Below, piece by piece: positions 40,901-55,900 of a stretch of 64,000 bases of DNA (its first letter is position 1; each line of letters opens with the position of its first letter). Made by a program: the position numbers and the translations under genes. The notes below the pieces were generated by a model that saw only the letters and a list, made by a program, of their open reading frames with translations, searched no databases and was not told the DNA's origin. This stretch comes from Isurus oxyrinchus (Eukaryota). The DNA lies in assembly GCA_026770705.1 (NCBI GenBank), contig JANJGN010000163.1, positions 372,001 to 436,000 of the forward strand, written 5' to 3'.

Positions 40901-43900
40901 AGATATCAGACTTGGGATGTCAACTTGGAATTGACAATCTAATTAGATATCAAACTTGGGATGTCAACCTGGAATTGACAATCTAATTAGATATCAGACT
41001 TGGGATGTCAATCTGGAATTGACAATCTAATTAGATATCAGACTTGGGATGTCAACCTGGAATTGACAATCTAATTAGATATCAAACTTGGGATGTCAAC
41101 CTGGAATTGACAATCTAATTAGATATCAGACTTGGGATGTCAACCTGGAATTTACAATCTAATTAGATATCAAACTTGGGATGTCAACCTAGAATTGACA
41201 ATCTAATTAGATATCATACTTGGGATGTCAACCTGGAATTGACAATCTAATTAGATATGAAACTTGGGATGTCAACCTGGAATTGACAATCTAATTAGAT
41301 ATCAGACTTGGGATGTCAACCAGGAATTGACAATCTAATTAGATATCAGACTTGGGATGTCAACCTGGAATTGAGAATCTAATTAGATATCAGTCTTGGG
41401 ATGTCAACTTTGAATTGACAATCTAATTTGATATCAAACTTGGGATGTCAACCTGGAATTGACGATCTAATTAGATATCAGACTTGGGATGTCAACCTGG
41501 AATTGACAATCTAATTAGATATCACACTTGGGATGTCAACCTGGATTTGACAATCTAATTAGATATCAGACTTGGGATGTCAACCTGGAATTGACAATCT
41601 AATTAGATATCAGACTTGGGATGTCAACCTGGAATTGACAATCTCATTAGATATCAGACTTGGGATGTCAACCTGGAATTGACAATCTAATTAGATATCA
41701 GACTTGGGATGTCAACTTGGAATTGACAATCTAATTAGCTATCAAACTTGGGATGTCAACCTGGAATTGACAATCTAATTAGATATCAGACTTGGGATGT
41801 CAATCTGGAATTGACAATCTAATTAGATATCAGACTTGGAGTGACAACTTGGAATTGACAATCTAATTAGATATCACACTTGGGATGTCAACCTGGATTT
41901 GACAATCTAATTAGATATCAGACTTGGGATGTCAACCTGGAATTGACAATCTCATTAGATATCAAACTTGGGATGTCAACCTGGAATTGACAATCTAATT
42001 AGATATCAGAGTTGGGATGTCAACCTGGAATTGACAATCTAATTAGATATCAGACTTGGGATGTCAACCAGGAATTGACAATCTAATTAGATATCAGACT
42101 TGGGATGTCAACCTGGAATTGACAATCTAATTAGATATCAGACTTGGGATGTCAACCTGGAATTGACAATCTAATTAGATATCAAACTTGGGATGTCAAC
42201 CTGGAATTGACGATCTAATTAGATATCAGACTTGGGATGTCAACCTGGAATTGACAATCTAATTAGATATCAGACTTGGGATGTCAACCTGGATTTGACA
42301 ATCTAATTAGATATCAGACTTGGGATGTCAACCTGGAATTGACAATCTCATTAGATATCAGACTTGGGATGTCAACCTGGAATTGACAATCTCATTAGAT
42401 ATCAGACTTGGGATGTCAACCTGGAATTGACAATCTAATTAGATATCAGACTTGGGATGTCAACTTGGAATTGACAATCTAATTAGATATCAAACTTGGG
42501 ATGTCAACCTGGAATTGACAATCTAATTAGATATCAGACTTGGGATGTCAATCTGGAATTGACAATCTAATTAGATATCAAACTTGGGATGTCAACCTGG
42601 AATTGACAATCTAATTAGATATCAAACTTGGGATGTCAACTTGGAATTGACAATCTAATTAGATATCAGACTTGGGATGTCAACCTGGAATTGACAATCT
42701 AATTAGATATCAAAATTGGGATGTCAACCTAGAATTGACATTCTAATTAGATATCAGACTTGGGATGTCAACCTGGAATTGACAATCTAATTAGATATCA
42801 CACTTGGGATATCAACCTGGAATTGAAAATCTAATTAGATATCAGACTTGGGATGTCAACCTGGAATTGACAATCTAATTAGATATCAGACTTGGGATGT
42901 CAACCTGGAATTGACAATCTCATTAGATATCAGACTTGGGATGTCAACCTGGAATTGACAATCTAATTAGATAGCAAACTTGGGATGTCAACCTGGAATT
43001 GACAATCTAATTAGATATCAGACTTGGGATGTCAACCTGGAATTGACAATCTAATTAGATATCACACTTGGGATGTCAACCTGGAATTGACAATCTAATT
43101 AGATATCAGACTTGGGATGTCAACCTGGAATTGACAATCTAATTAGATATCAGACTTGGGATGTCAACTTGGAATTGACAATCTAATTAGATATCAGACT
43201 TGGCATGTCAACCTGGAATTGACAATCTAATTAGATATCAGACTTGGGATGTCAACTTGGAATTGACAATCTAATTAGATATCAAACTTGGGATGTCAAC
43301 CTGGAATTGACAATCTAATTAGATATCAGACTTGGGATGTCAATCTGGAATTGACAATCTAATTAGATATCAGACTTGGGGTGTCAACTTGGAATTGACA
43401 ATCTAATTAGATATCAAACTTGGGATGTCAACCTGGAATTGACAATCTAATTCGATATCAAACTTGGGATGTCAACTTGGAATTGACAATCTAATTAGAT
43501 ATCAAACTTGGGATGTCAACCTTGAATTGACAATCTAATTAGATATCAAACTTGGGATGTCAACCTGGAATTGACAATCTAATTAGATATCAGACTTGGG
43601 ATGTCAACCTGGAATTGACAATCTAATTAGATATCAAAATTGGGATGTCAACCTAGAATTGACAATCTAATTCGATATCAGACTTGGGATGTCAACCTGG
43701 AATTGACAATCTAATTAGATATCAGACTTGGGATGTCAACCTGGAATTGACAATCTAATTAGATATCAGACTTGGGATGTCACCCTGGAATTGACAATCT
43801 CATTAGATATCAGACTTGGGATGTCAACCTGGAATTGACAATCTAATTAGATATCAGACTTGGGATGTAAACTTGGAATTGACAATCTAATTAGATATCA

Positions 43901-46900
43901 AACTTGGGATGTCAACCTGGAATTGAGAATCTAATTAGATATCAGACTTGGGATGTCAATCTGGAATTGACAATCTAATTAGATATCAGACTTGGGATGT
44001 CAACCTGGAATTGACAATCTAATTAGATATCAAACTTGGGATGTCAACCTGGAATTGACAATCTAATTAGATATCAGACTTGGGATGTCAACCTGGAATT
44101 TACAATCTAATTAGATATCAAACTTGGGATGTCAACCTAGAATTGACAATCTAATTAGATATCAAACTTGGGATGTCAACCTGGAATTGACAATCTAATT
44201 AGATATCAGACTTGGGATGTCAACCTGGAATTGACAATCTAATTAGATATCAAAATTGGGATGTCAACCTAGAATTGACAATCTAATTCGATATCAGACT
44301 TGGGATGTCAACCTGGAATTGACAATCTCATTAGATATCAGACTTGGGATGTCAACCTGGAATTGACAATCTAATTAGATATCAGACTTGGGATGTCACC
44401 CTGGAATTGACAATCTCATTAGATATCAGACTTGGGATGTCAACCTGGAATTGACAATCTAATTAGATATCAGACTTGGGATGTAAACTTGGAATTGACA
44501 ATCTAATTAGATATCAAACTTGGGATGTCAACCTGGAATTGAGAATCTAATTAGATATCAGACTTGGGATGTCAATCTGGAATTGACAATCTAATTAGAT
44601 ATCAGACTTGGGATGTCAACCTGGAATTGACAATCTAATTAGATATCAAACTTGGGATGTCAACCTGGAATTGACAATCTAATTAGATATCAGACTTGGG
44701 ATGTCAACCTGGAATTTACAATCTAATTAGATATCAAACTTGGGATGTCAACCTAGAATTGACAATCTAATTAGATATCATACTTGGGATGTCAACCTGG
44801 AATTGACAATCTAATTAGATATGAAACTTGGGATGTCAACCTGGAATTGACAATCTAATTAGATATCAGACTTGGGATGTCAACCTGGAATTGACAATCT
44901 AATTAGATATCAGACTTGGGATGTCAACCTGGAATTGAGAATCTAATTAGATATCAGACTTGGGATGTCAACCTGGAATTGACAGTCTAATTAGATATCA
45001 GACTTGGGATGTCAACCTGGAATTGACAATCTAATTAGATATCAGACTTGGGATGTCAACCTGGAATTGACAATCTAATTAGATATCAGACTTGGGATGT
45101 CAACCTGGAATTGACAATCTAATTAGATATCAGACTTGGGATGTCAACCTGGAATTGACGATCTAATTAGATATCAAACTTGGGATGTCAACCTGGAATT
45201 GACGATCTAATTAGATATCAGACTTGGGATGTCAACCTGGAATTGACAATCTAATTAGATATCACACTTGGGATGTCAACCTGGATTTGACAATCTAATT
45301 CGATATCAGACTTGGGATGTCAACCTGGAATTGACAATCTCATTAGATATCAGACTTGGGATGTCAACCTGGAATTGACAATCTAATTAGATATCAGACT
45401 TGGGATGTCACCCTGGAATTGACAATCTCATTAGATATCAGACTTGGGATGTCAACCTGGAATTGACAATCTAATTAGATATCAGACTTGGGATGTCAAC
45501 TTGGAATTGACAATCTAATTAGATATCAAACTTGGGATGTCAACCTGGAATTGACAATCTAATTAGATATCAGACTTGGGATGTCAATCTGGAATTGACA
45601 ATCTAATTAGATATCAGACTTGGGATGTCAACCTGGAATTGACAATCTAATTAGATATCAAACTTGGGATGTCAACCTGGAATTGACAATCTAATTAGAT
45701 ATCAGACTTGGGATGTCAACCTGGAATTTACAATCTAATTAGATATCAAACTTGGGATGTCAACCTAGAATTGACAATCTAATTAGATATCATACTTGGG
45801 ATGTCAACCTGGAATTGACAATCTAATTAGATATGAAACTTGGGATGTCAACCTGGAATTGACAATCTAATTAGATATCAGACTTGGGATGTCAACCAGG
45901 AATTGACAATCTAATTAGATATCAGACTTGGGATGTCAACCTGGAATTGAGAATCTAATTAGATATCAGTCTTGGGATGTCAACTTTGAATTGACAATCT
46001 AATTTGATATCAAACTTGGGATGTCAACCTGGAATTGACGATCTAATTAGATATCAGACTTGGGATGTCAACCTGGAATTGACAATCTAATTAGATATCA
46101 CACTTGGGATGTCAACCTGGATTTGACAATCTAATTAGATATCAGACTTGGGATGTCAACCTGGAATTGACAATCTAATTAGATATCAGACTTGGGATGT
46201 CAACCTGGAATTGACAATCTCATTAGATATCAGACTTGGGATGTCAACCTGGAATTGACAATCTAATTAGATATCAGACTTGGGATGTCAACTTGGAATT
46301 GACAATCTAATTAGCTATCAAACTTGGGATGTCAACCTGGAATTGACAATCTAATTAGATATCAGACTTGGGATGTCAATCTGGAATTGACAATCTAATT
46401 AGATATCAGACTTGGAGTGACAACTTGGAATTGACAATCTAATTAGATATCACACTTGGGATGTCAACCTGGATTTGACAATCTAATTAGATATCAGACT
46501 TGGGATGTCAACCTGGAATTGACAATCTCATTAGATATCAAACTTGGGATGTCAACCTGGAATTGACAATCTAATTAGATATCAGACTTGGGATGTCAAC
46601 CTGGAATTGACAATCTAATTAGATATCAGACTTGGGATGTCAACCAGGAATTGACAATCTAATTAGATATCAGACTTGGGATGTCAACCTGGAATTGACA
46701 ATCTAATTAGATATCAGACTTGGGATGTCAACCTGGAATTGACAATCTAATTAGATATCAAACTTGGGATGTCAACCTGGAATTGACGATCTAATTAGAT
46801 ATCAGACTTGGGATGTCAACCTGGAATTGACAATCTAATTAGATATCAGACTTGGGATGTCAACCTGGATTTGACAATCTAATTAGATATCAGACTTGGG

Positions 46901-49900
46901 ATGTCAACCTGGAATTGACAATCTCATTAGATATCAGACTTGGGATGTCAACCTGGAATTGACAATCTCATTAGATATCAGACTTGGGATGTCAACCTGG
47001 AATTGACAATCTAATTAGATATCAGACTTGGGATGTCAACTTGGAATTGACAATCTAATTAGATATCAAACTTGGGATGTCAACCTGGAATTGACAATCT
47101 AATTAGATATCAGACTTGGGATGTCAATCTGGAATTGACAATCTAATTAGATATCAAACTTGGGATGTCAACCTGGAATTGACAATCTAATTAGATATCA
47201 AACTTGGGATGTCAACTTGGAATTGACAATCTAATTAGATATCAGACTTGGGATGTCAACCTGGAATTGACAATCTAATTAGATATCAAAATTGGGATGT
47301 CAACCTAGAATTGACATTCTAATTAGATATCAGACTTGGGATGTCAACCTGGAATTGACAATCTAATTAGATATCACACTTGGGATATCAACCTGGAATT
47401 GAAAATCTAATTAGATATCAGACTTGGGATGTCAACCTGGAATTGACAATCTAATTAGATATCAGACTTGGGATGTCAACCTGGAATTGACAATCTCATT
47501 AGATATCAGACTTGGGATGTCAACCTGGAATTGACAATCTAATTAGATAGCAAACTTGGGATGTCAACCTGGAATTGACAATCTAATTAGATATCAGACT
47601 TGGGATGTCAACCTGGAATTGACAATCTAATTAGATATCACACTTGGGATGTCAACCTGGATTTGACAATCTAATTAGATATCAGACTTGGGATGTCAAC
47701 CTGGAATTGACAATCTAATTAGATATCAGACTTGGGATGTCAACCTGGAATTGACAATCTCATTAGATATCAGACTTGGGATGTCAACCTGGAATTGACA
47801 ATCTAATTAGATATCAGACTTGGGATGTCAACTTGGAATTGACAATCTAATTAGATATCAAACTTGGGATGTCAACCTGGAATTGACAATCTAATTAGAT
47901 ATCAGACTTGGGATGTCAATCTGGAATTGACAATCTAATTAGATATCAGACTTGGGGTGTCAACTTGGAATTGACAATCTAATTAGATATCAAACTTGGG
48001 ATGTCAACCTGGAATTGACAATCTAATTCGATATCAAACTTGGGATGTCAACTTGGAATTGACAATCTAATTAGATATCAAACTTGGGATGTCAACCTTG
48101 AATTGACAATCTAATTAGATATCAAACTTGGGATGTCAACCTGGAATTGACAATCTAATTAGATATCAGACTTGGGATGTCAACCTGGAATTGACAATCT
48201 AATTAGATATCAAAATTGGGATGTCAACCTAGAATTGACAATCTAATTAGATATCAGACTTGGGATGTCAACCTGGAATTGACAATCTAATTAGATATCA
48301 CTCTTGGGATATCAACCTGGAATTGACAATCTAATTAGATATCAGACTTGGGATGTCAACCTGGAATTGACAATCTAATTAGATATCAGACTTGGGATGT
48401 CAACTTGGAATTGACAATCTAATTAGATATCAGACTTGGGATGTCAATGTGGAATTGACAATCTAATTAGATATCAGACTTGGGATGTCAACTTGGAATT
48501 GACAATCTAATTAGATATCAGACTTGGGATGTCAACCTGGAATTGACAATCTAATTAGATATCACACTTGGGATGTCAACCTGGATTTGACAATCTAATT
48601 CGATATCAGACTTGGGATGTCAACCTGGAATTGACAATCTCATTAGATATCAGACTTGGGATGTCAACCTGGAATTGACAATCTAATTAGATATCAGACT
48701 TGGGATGTCACCCTGGAATTGACAATCTCATTAGATATCAGACTTGGGATGTCAACCTGGAATTGACAATCTAATTAGATATCAGACTTGGGATGTAAAC
48801 TTGGAATTGACAATCTAATTAGATATCAAACTTGGGATGTCAACCTGGAATTGAGAATCTAATTAGATATCAGACTTGGGATGTCAATCTGGAATTGACA
48901 ATCTAATTAGATATCAGACTTGGGATGTCAACCTGGAATTGACAATCTAATTAGATATCAAACTTGGGATGTCAACCTGGAATTGACAATCTAATTAGAT
49001 ATCAGACTTGGGATGTCAACCTGGAATTTACAATCTAATTAGATATCAAACTTGGGATGTCAACCTAGAATTGACAATCTAATTAGATATCATACTTGGG
49101 ATGTCAACCTGGAATTGACAATCTAATTAGATATGAAACTTGGGATGTCAACCTGGAATTGACAATCTAATTAGATATCAGACTTGGGATGTCAACCTGG
49201 AATTGACAATCTAATTAGATATCAGACTTGGGATGTCAACCTGGAATTGAGAATCTAATTAGATATCAGTCTTGGGATGTCAAATTTGAATTGACAATCT
49301 AATTTGATATCAAACTTGGGATGTCAACCTGGAATTGACGATCTAATTAGATATCAGACTTGGGATGTCAACCTGGAATTGACAATCTAATTAGATATCA
49401 CACTTGGGATGTCAACCTGGATTTGACAATCTAATTAGATATCAGACTTGGGATGTCAACCTGGAATTGACAATCTAATTAGATATCAGACTTGGGATGT
49501 CAACCTGGAATTGACAATCTCATTAGATATCAGACTTGGGATGTCAACCTGGAATTGACAATCTAATTAGATATCAGACTTGGGATGTCAACTTGGAATT
49601 GACAATCTAATTAGCTATCAAACTTGGGATGTCAACCTGGAATTGACAATCTAATTAGATATCAGACTTGGGATGTCAATCTGGAATTGACAATCTAATT
49701 AGATATCAGACTTGGAGTGACAACTTGGAATTGACAATCTAATTAGATATCACACTTGGGATGTCAACCTGGATTTGACAATCTAATTAGATATCAGACT
49801 TGGGATGTCAACCTGGAATTGAAAATCTCATTAGATATCAAACTTGGGATGTCAACCTGGAATTGACAATCTAATTAGATATCAGACTTGGGATGTCAAC

Positions 49901-52900
49901 CTGGAATTGACAATCTAATTAGATATCAGACTTGGGATGTCAACCAGGAATTGACAATCTAATTAGATATCAGACTTGGGATGTCAACCTGGAATTGACA
50001 ATCTAATTAGATATCAGACTTGGGATGTCAACCTGGAATTGACAATCTAATTAGATATCAAACTTGGGATGTCAACCTGGAATTGACGATCTAATTAGAT
50101 ATCAGACTTGGGATGTCAACCTGGAATTGACAATCTAATTAGATATCAGACTTGGGATGTCAACCTGGATTTGACAATCTCATGAGATATCAGACTTGGG
50201 ATGTCAACCTGGAATTGACAATCTCATTAGATATCAGACTTGGGATGTCAACCTGGAATTGACAATCTCATTAGATATCAGACTTGGGATGTCAACCTGG
50301 AATTGACAATCTAATTAGATATCAGACTTGGGATGTCAACTTGGAATTGACAATCTAATTAGATATCAAACTTGGGATGTCAACCTGGAATTGACAATCT
50401 AATTAGATATCAGACTTGGGATGTCAATCTGGAATTGACAATCTAATTAGATATCAAACTTGGGATGTCAACCTGGAATTGACAATCTAATTAGATATCA
50501 AACTTGGGATGTCAACTTGGAATTGACAATCTAATTAGATATCAGACTTGGGATGTCAACCTGGAATTGACAATCTAATTAGATATCAAAATTGGGATGT
50601 CAACCTAGAATTGACATTCTAATTAGATATCAGACTTGGGATGTCAACCTGGAATTGACAATCTAATTAGATATCACACTTGGGATATCAACCTGGAATT
50701 GAAAATCTAATTAGATATCAGACTTGGGATGTCAACCTGGAATTGACAATCTAATTAGATATCAGACTTGGGATGTCAACCTGGAATTGACAATCTCATT
50801 AGATATCAGACTTGGGATGTCAACCTGGAATTGACAATCTAATTAGATATCAAACTTGGGATGTCAACCTGGAATTGACAATCTAATTAGATATCAGACT
50901 TGGGATGTCAACCTGGAATTGACAATCTAATTAGATATCAGACTTGGGATGTCAACCTGGATTTGACAATCTCATGAGATATCAGACTTGGGATGTCAAC
51001 CTGGAATTGACAATCTCATTAGATATCAGACTTGGGATGTCAACCTGGAATTGACAATCTCATTAGATATCAGACTTGGGATGTCAACCTGGAATTGACA
51101 ATCTAATTAGATATCAGACTTGGGATGTCAACTTGGAATTGACAATCTAATTAGATATCAAACTTGGGATGTCAACCTGGAATTGACAATCTAATTAGAT
51201 ATCAGACTTGGGATGTCAATCTGGAATTGACAATCTAATTAGATATCAAACTTGGGATGTCAACCTGGAATTGACAATCTAATTAGATATCAAACTTGGG
51301 ATGTCAACTTGGAATTGACAATCTAATTAGATATCAGACTTGGGATGTCAACCTGGAATTGACAATCTAATTAGATATCAAAATTGGGATGTCAACCTAG
51401 AATTGACATTCTAATTAGATATCAGACTTGGGATGTCAACCTGGAATTGACAATCTAATTAGATATCACACTTGGGATATCAACCTGGAATTGAAAATCT
51501 AATTAGATATCAGACTTGGGATGTCAACCTGGAATTGACAATCTAATTAGATATCAGACTTGGGATGTCAACCTGGAATTGACAATCTCATTAGATATCA
51601 GACTTGGGATGTCAACCTGGAATTGACAATCTAATTAGATAGCAAACTTGGGATGTCAACCTGGAATTGACAATCTAATTAGATATCAGACTTGGGATGT
51701 CAACCTGGAATTGACAATCTAATTAGATATCACACTTGGGATGTCAACCTGGATTTGACAATCTAATTAGATATCAGACTTGGGATGTCAACCTGGAATT
51801 GACAATCTAATTAGATATCAGACTTGGGATGTCAACCTGGAATTGACAATCTCATTAGATATCAGACTTGGGATGTCAACCTGGAATTGACAATCTAATT
51901 AGATATCAGACTTGGGATGTCAACTTGGAATTGACAATCTAATTAGATATCAAACTTGGGATGTCAACCTGGAATTGACAATCTAATTAGATATCAGACT
52001 TGGGATGTCAATCTGGAATTGACAATCTAATTAGATATCAGACTTGGGGTGTCAACTTGGAATTGACAATCTAATTAGATATCAAACTTGGGATGTCAAC
52101 CTGGAATTGACAATCTAATTCGATATCAAACTTGGGATGTCAACTTGGAATTGACAATCTAATTAGATATCAAACTTGGGATGTCAACCTTGAATTGACA
52201 ATCTAATTAGATATCAAACTTGGGATGTCAACCTGGAATTGACAATCTAATTAGATATCAGACTTGGGATGTCAACCTGGAATTGACAATCTAATTAGAT
52301 ATCAAAATTGGGATGTCAACCTAGAATTGACAATCTAATTAGATATCAGACTTGGGATGTCAACCTGGAATTGACAATCTAATTAGATATCACTCTTGGG
52401 ATATCAACCTGGAATTGACAATCTAATTAGATATCAGACTTGGGATGTCAACCTGGAATTGACAATCTAATTAGATATCAGACTTGGGATGTCAACTTGG
52501 AATTGACAATCTAATTAGATATCAGACTTGGGATGTCAATGTGGAATTGACAATCTAATTAGATATCAGACTTGGGATGTCAACTTGGAATTGACAATCT
52601 AATTAGATATCAGACTTGGGATGTCAACCTGGAATTGACAATCTAATTAGATATCAGACTTGGGATGTCAACTTGGAATTGACAAACTAATTAGATATCA
52701 CTCCTGGGATGTCAACCTGGATTTGACAATCTAATTAGATATCAGACTTGGGATGTCAACTTGGAATTGACAATCTAATTAGATATCAGACTTGGGATGT
52801 CAACCTGGAATTGACAATCTAATTAGATATCAGACTTGGGGTGTCAACTTGGAATTGACAATCAAATTAGATATCAAACTTGGGATGTCAACCTGGAATT

Positions 52901-55900
52901 GACAATCTAATTAGATATCAAACTTGGGATGTCAACTTGGAATTGACAATCTAATTGGATATCAAACTTGGGCTGTCAACCTGGAATTGACAATCTAATT
53001 AGATATCAAACTTGGGATGTCAACCTGGAATTGACAATCTAATTAGATATCAGACTTGGGATGTCAACCTGGAATTGACAATCTAATTAGATATCAAAAT
53101 TGGGATGTCAACCTAGAATTGACAATCTAATTAGATATCAGACTTGGGATGTCAACCTGGAATTGACAATCTAATTAGATATCAGACTTGGGATATCAAC
53201 CTGGAATTGACAATCTAATTAGATATCAGACTTGGGATGTCAACCTGGAATTGACAATCTAATTAGATATCAGACTTGGGATGTCAACCTGGAATTGACA
53301 ATCTCATTAGATATCAGACTTGGGATGTCAACCTGGAATTGACAATCTAATTAGATATCAGACTTGGGATGTCAACCTGGAATTGACAATCTAATTAGAT
53401 ATAAGACTTGGGATGTCAACTTGGAATTGACAATCTAATTAGATATCAGACTTGGCATGTCAACCTGGAATTGACAATCTAATTAGAAATCAGACTTGGG
53501 ATGTCAACTTGGAATTGACAATCTAATTAGATATCAGACTTGGGATGTCAACCTGGAATTGACAATCTAATTAGATATCAGACTTGGGATGTCAACTTGG
53601 AATTGACAATCTAATTAGATATCAGACTTGGGATGTCAACCTGGAATTGACAATCTAATTAGATATCAGACTTGGGATGTCAACTTGGAATTGACAATCT
53701 AATTAGATATCACACTTGGGATGTCAACCTGGATTTGACAATCTAATTAGATATCAGACTTGGGATGTCAACTTGGAATTGACAATCTAATTAGATATCA
53801 GACTTGGGATGTCAACCTGGAATTGACAATCTAATTAGAAATCAGACTTGGGATGTCGACTTGGAATTGACAATCTAATTAGATATCAGACTTGGGATGT
53901 CAATCTGGAATTGACAATCTAATTAGATATCAGACTTGGGATGTCAACCTGCTATTGACAATCTAATTAGATATCAGACTTGGGATGTCAAGTTGGAATT
54001 GACAATCTAATTAGATATCAAACTTGGGATGTCAACCTGGAATTGACAATCTAATTAGATATCAAAATTGGGATGTCAACTTGGAATTGACAATCTAATT
54101 AGATATCAGACTTGGGATGTCAACCTGGAATTGACAATCTAATTAGATATCAAACTTGGGATGTCAACCTGGAATTGACAATCTAATTAGATATCAGACT
54201 TGGGATGTCAACCTGGAATTGACAATCTAATTAGATATCAGACTTGGGATGTCAACCTGGAATTGACAATCTAATTAGATATCAAACTTGGGATGTCAAC
54301 CTAGAATTGACAATCTAATTAGATATCAGACTTGGGATGTCAACCTAGAATTGACAATCTAATTAGATAACAGACTTGGGATGTCAACCTGGAATTGACA
54401 ATCTAATTAGATATCACACTTGGGATGTCAACCTGGATTTGACAATCTAATTAGATATCAGACTTGGGATGTCAACCTGGAATTGACAATCTAATTAGAT
54501 ATCAAACTTGGGATGTCAACCTGGAATTGACAATCTAATTAGATATCAGACTTGGGATGTCAACCTGGAATTGACAATCTAATTAGATATCAGACTTGGG
54601 ATGTCAACCTGGAATTGACAATCTAATTAGATATCAGACTTGGGATGTCAACCTGGAATTGACAATCTAATTAGATATCAGACTTGGGATGTCAACCTGG
54701 AATTGACAATCTAATTAGATATCAAACTTGGGATGTCAACCTGGAATTGACGATCTAATTAGATATCAGACTTGGGATGTCAACCTGGAATTGACAATCT
54801 AATTAGATGTCACACTTGGGATGTCAACCTGGATTTGACAATCTAATTAGATATCAGACTTGGGATGTCAACCTGGAATTGACAATCTAATTAGATATCA
54901 GATTTGGGATGTCAACCTGGAATTGACAATCTCATTAGATATCAGACTTGGGATGTCAACCTGGAATTGACAATCTAATTAGATATCACACTTGGGATGT
55001 CAACTTGGAATTGACAATCTAATTAGATATCAAACTTTGGATGTCAACCTGGAATTGACAATCTAATTAGATATCAGACTTGGGATGTCAATCTGGAATT
55101 GACAATCTAATTAGATATCAGACTTGGAGTGTCAACTTGGAATTGACAATCTAATTAGATATCACACTTGGGATGTCAACCTGGATTTGACAATCTAATT
55201 AGATATCAGACTTGGGATGTCAACCTGGAATTGACAATCTAATTAGATATCAAACTTGGGATGTCAACCTGGAATTGACAGTCTAATTAGATATCAGACT
55301 TGGGATGTCAACCTGGAATTGACAATCTAATTAGATATCAGACTTGGGATGTCAACCTGGAATTGACAATCTAATTAGATATCAGACTTGGGATGTCAAC
55401 CTGGAATTGACAATCTAATTAGATATCAGACTTGGGATGTCAACCTGGAATTGACGATCTAATTAGATATCAAACTTGGGATGTCAACCTGGAATTGACG
55501 ATCTAATTAGATATCAGACTTGGGATGTCAAGCTGGAATTGACAATCTAATTAGATATCACACTTGGGATGTCAACCTGGATTTGACAATCTAATTCGAT
55601 ATCAGACTTGGGATGTCAACCTGGAATTGACAATCTCATTAGATATCAGACTTGGGATGTCAACCTGGAATTGACAATCTAATTAGATATCAGACTTGGG
55701 ATGTCACCCTGGAATTGACAATCTCATTAGATATCAGACTTGGGATGTCAACCTGGAATTGACAATCTAATTAGATATCAGACTTGGGATGTCAACTTGG
55801 AATTGACAATCTAATTAGATATCAAACTTGGGATGTCAACCTGGAATTGACAATCTAATTAGATATCAGACTTGGGATGTCAATCTGGAAATGACAATCT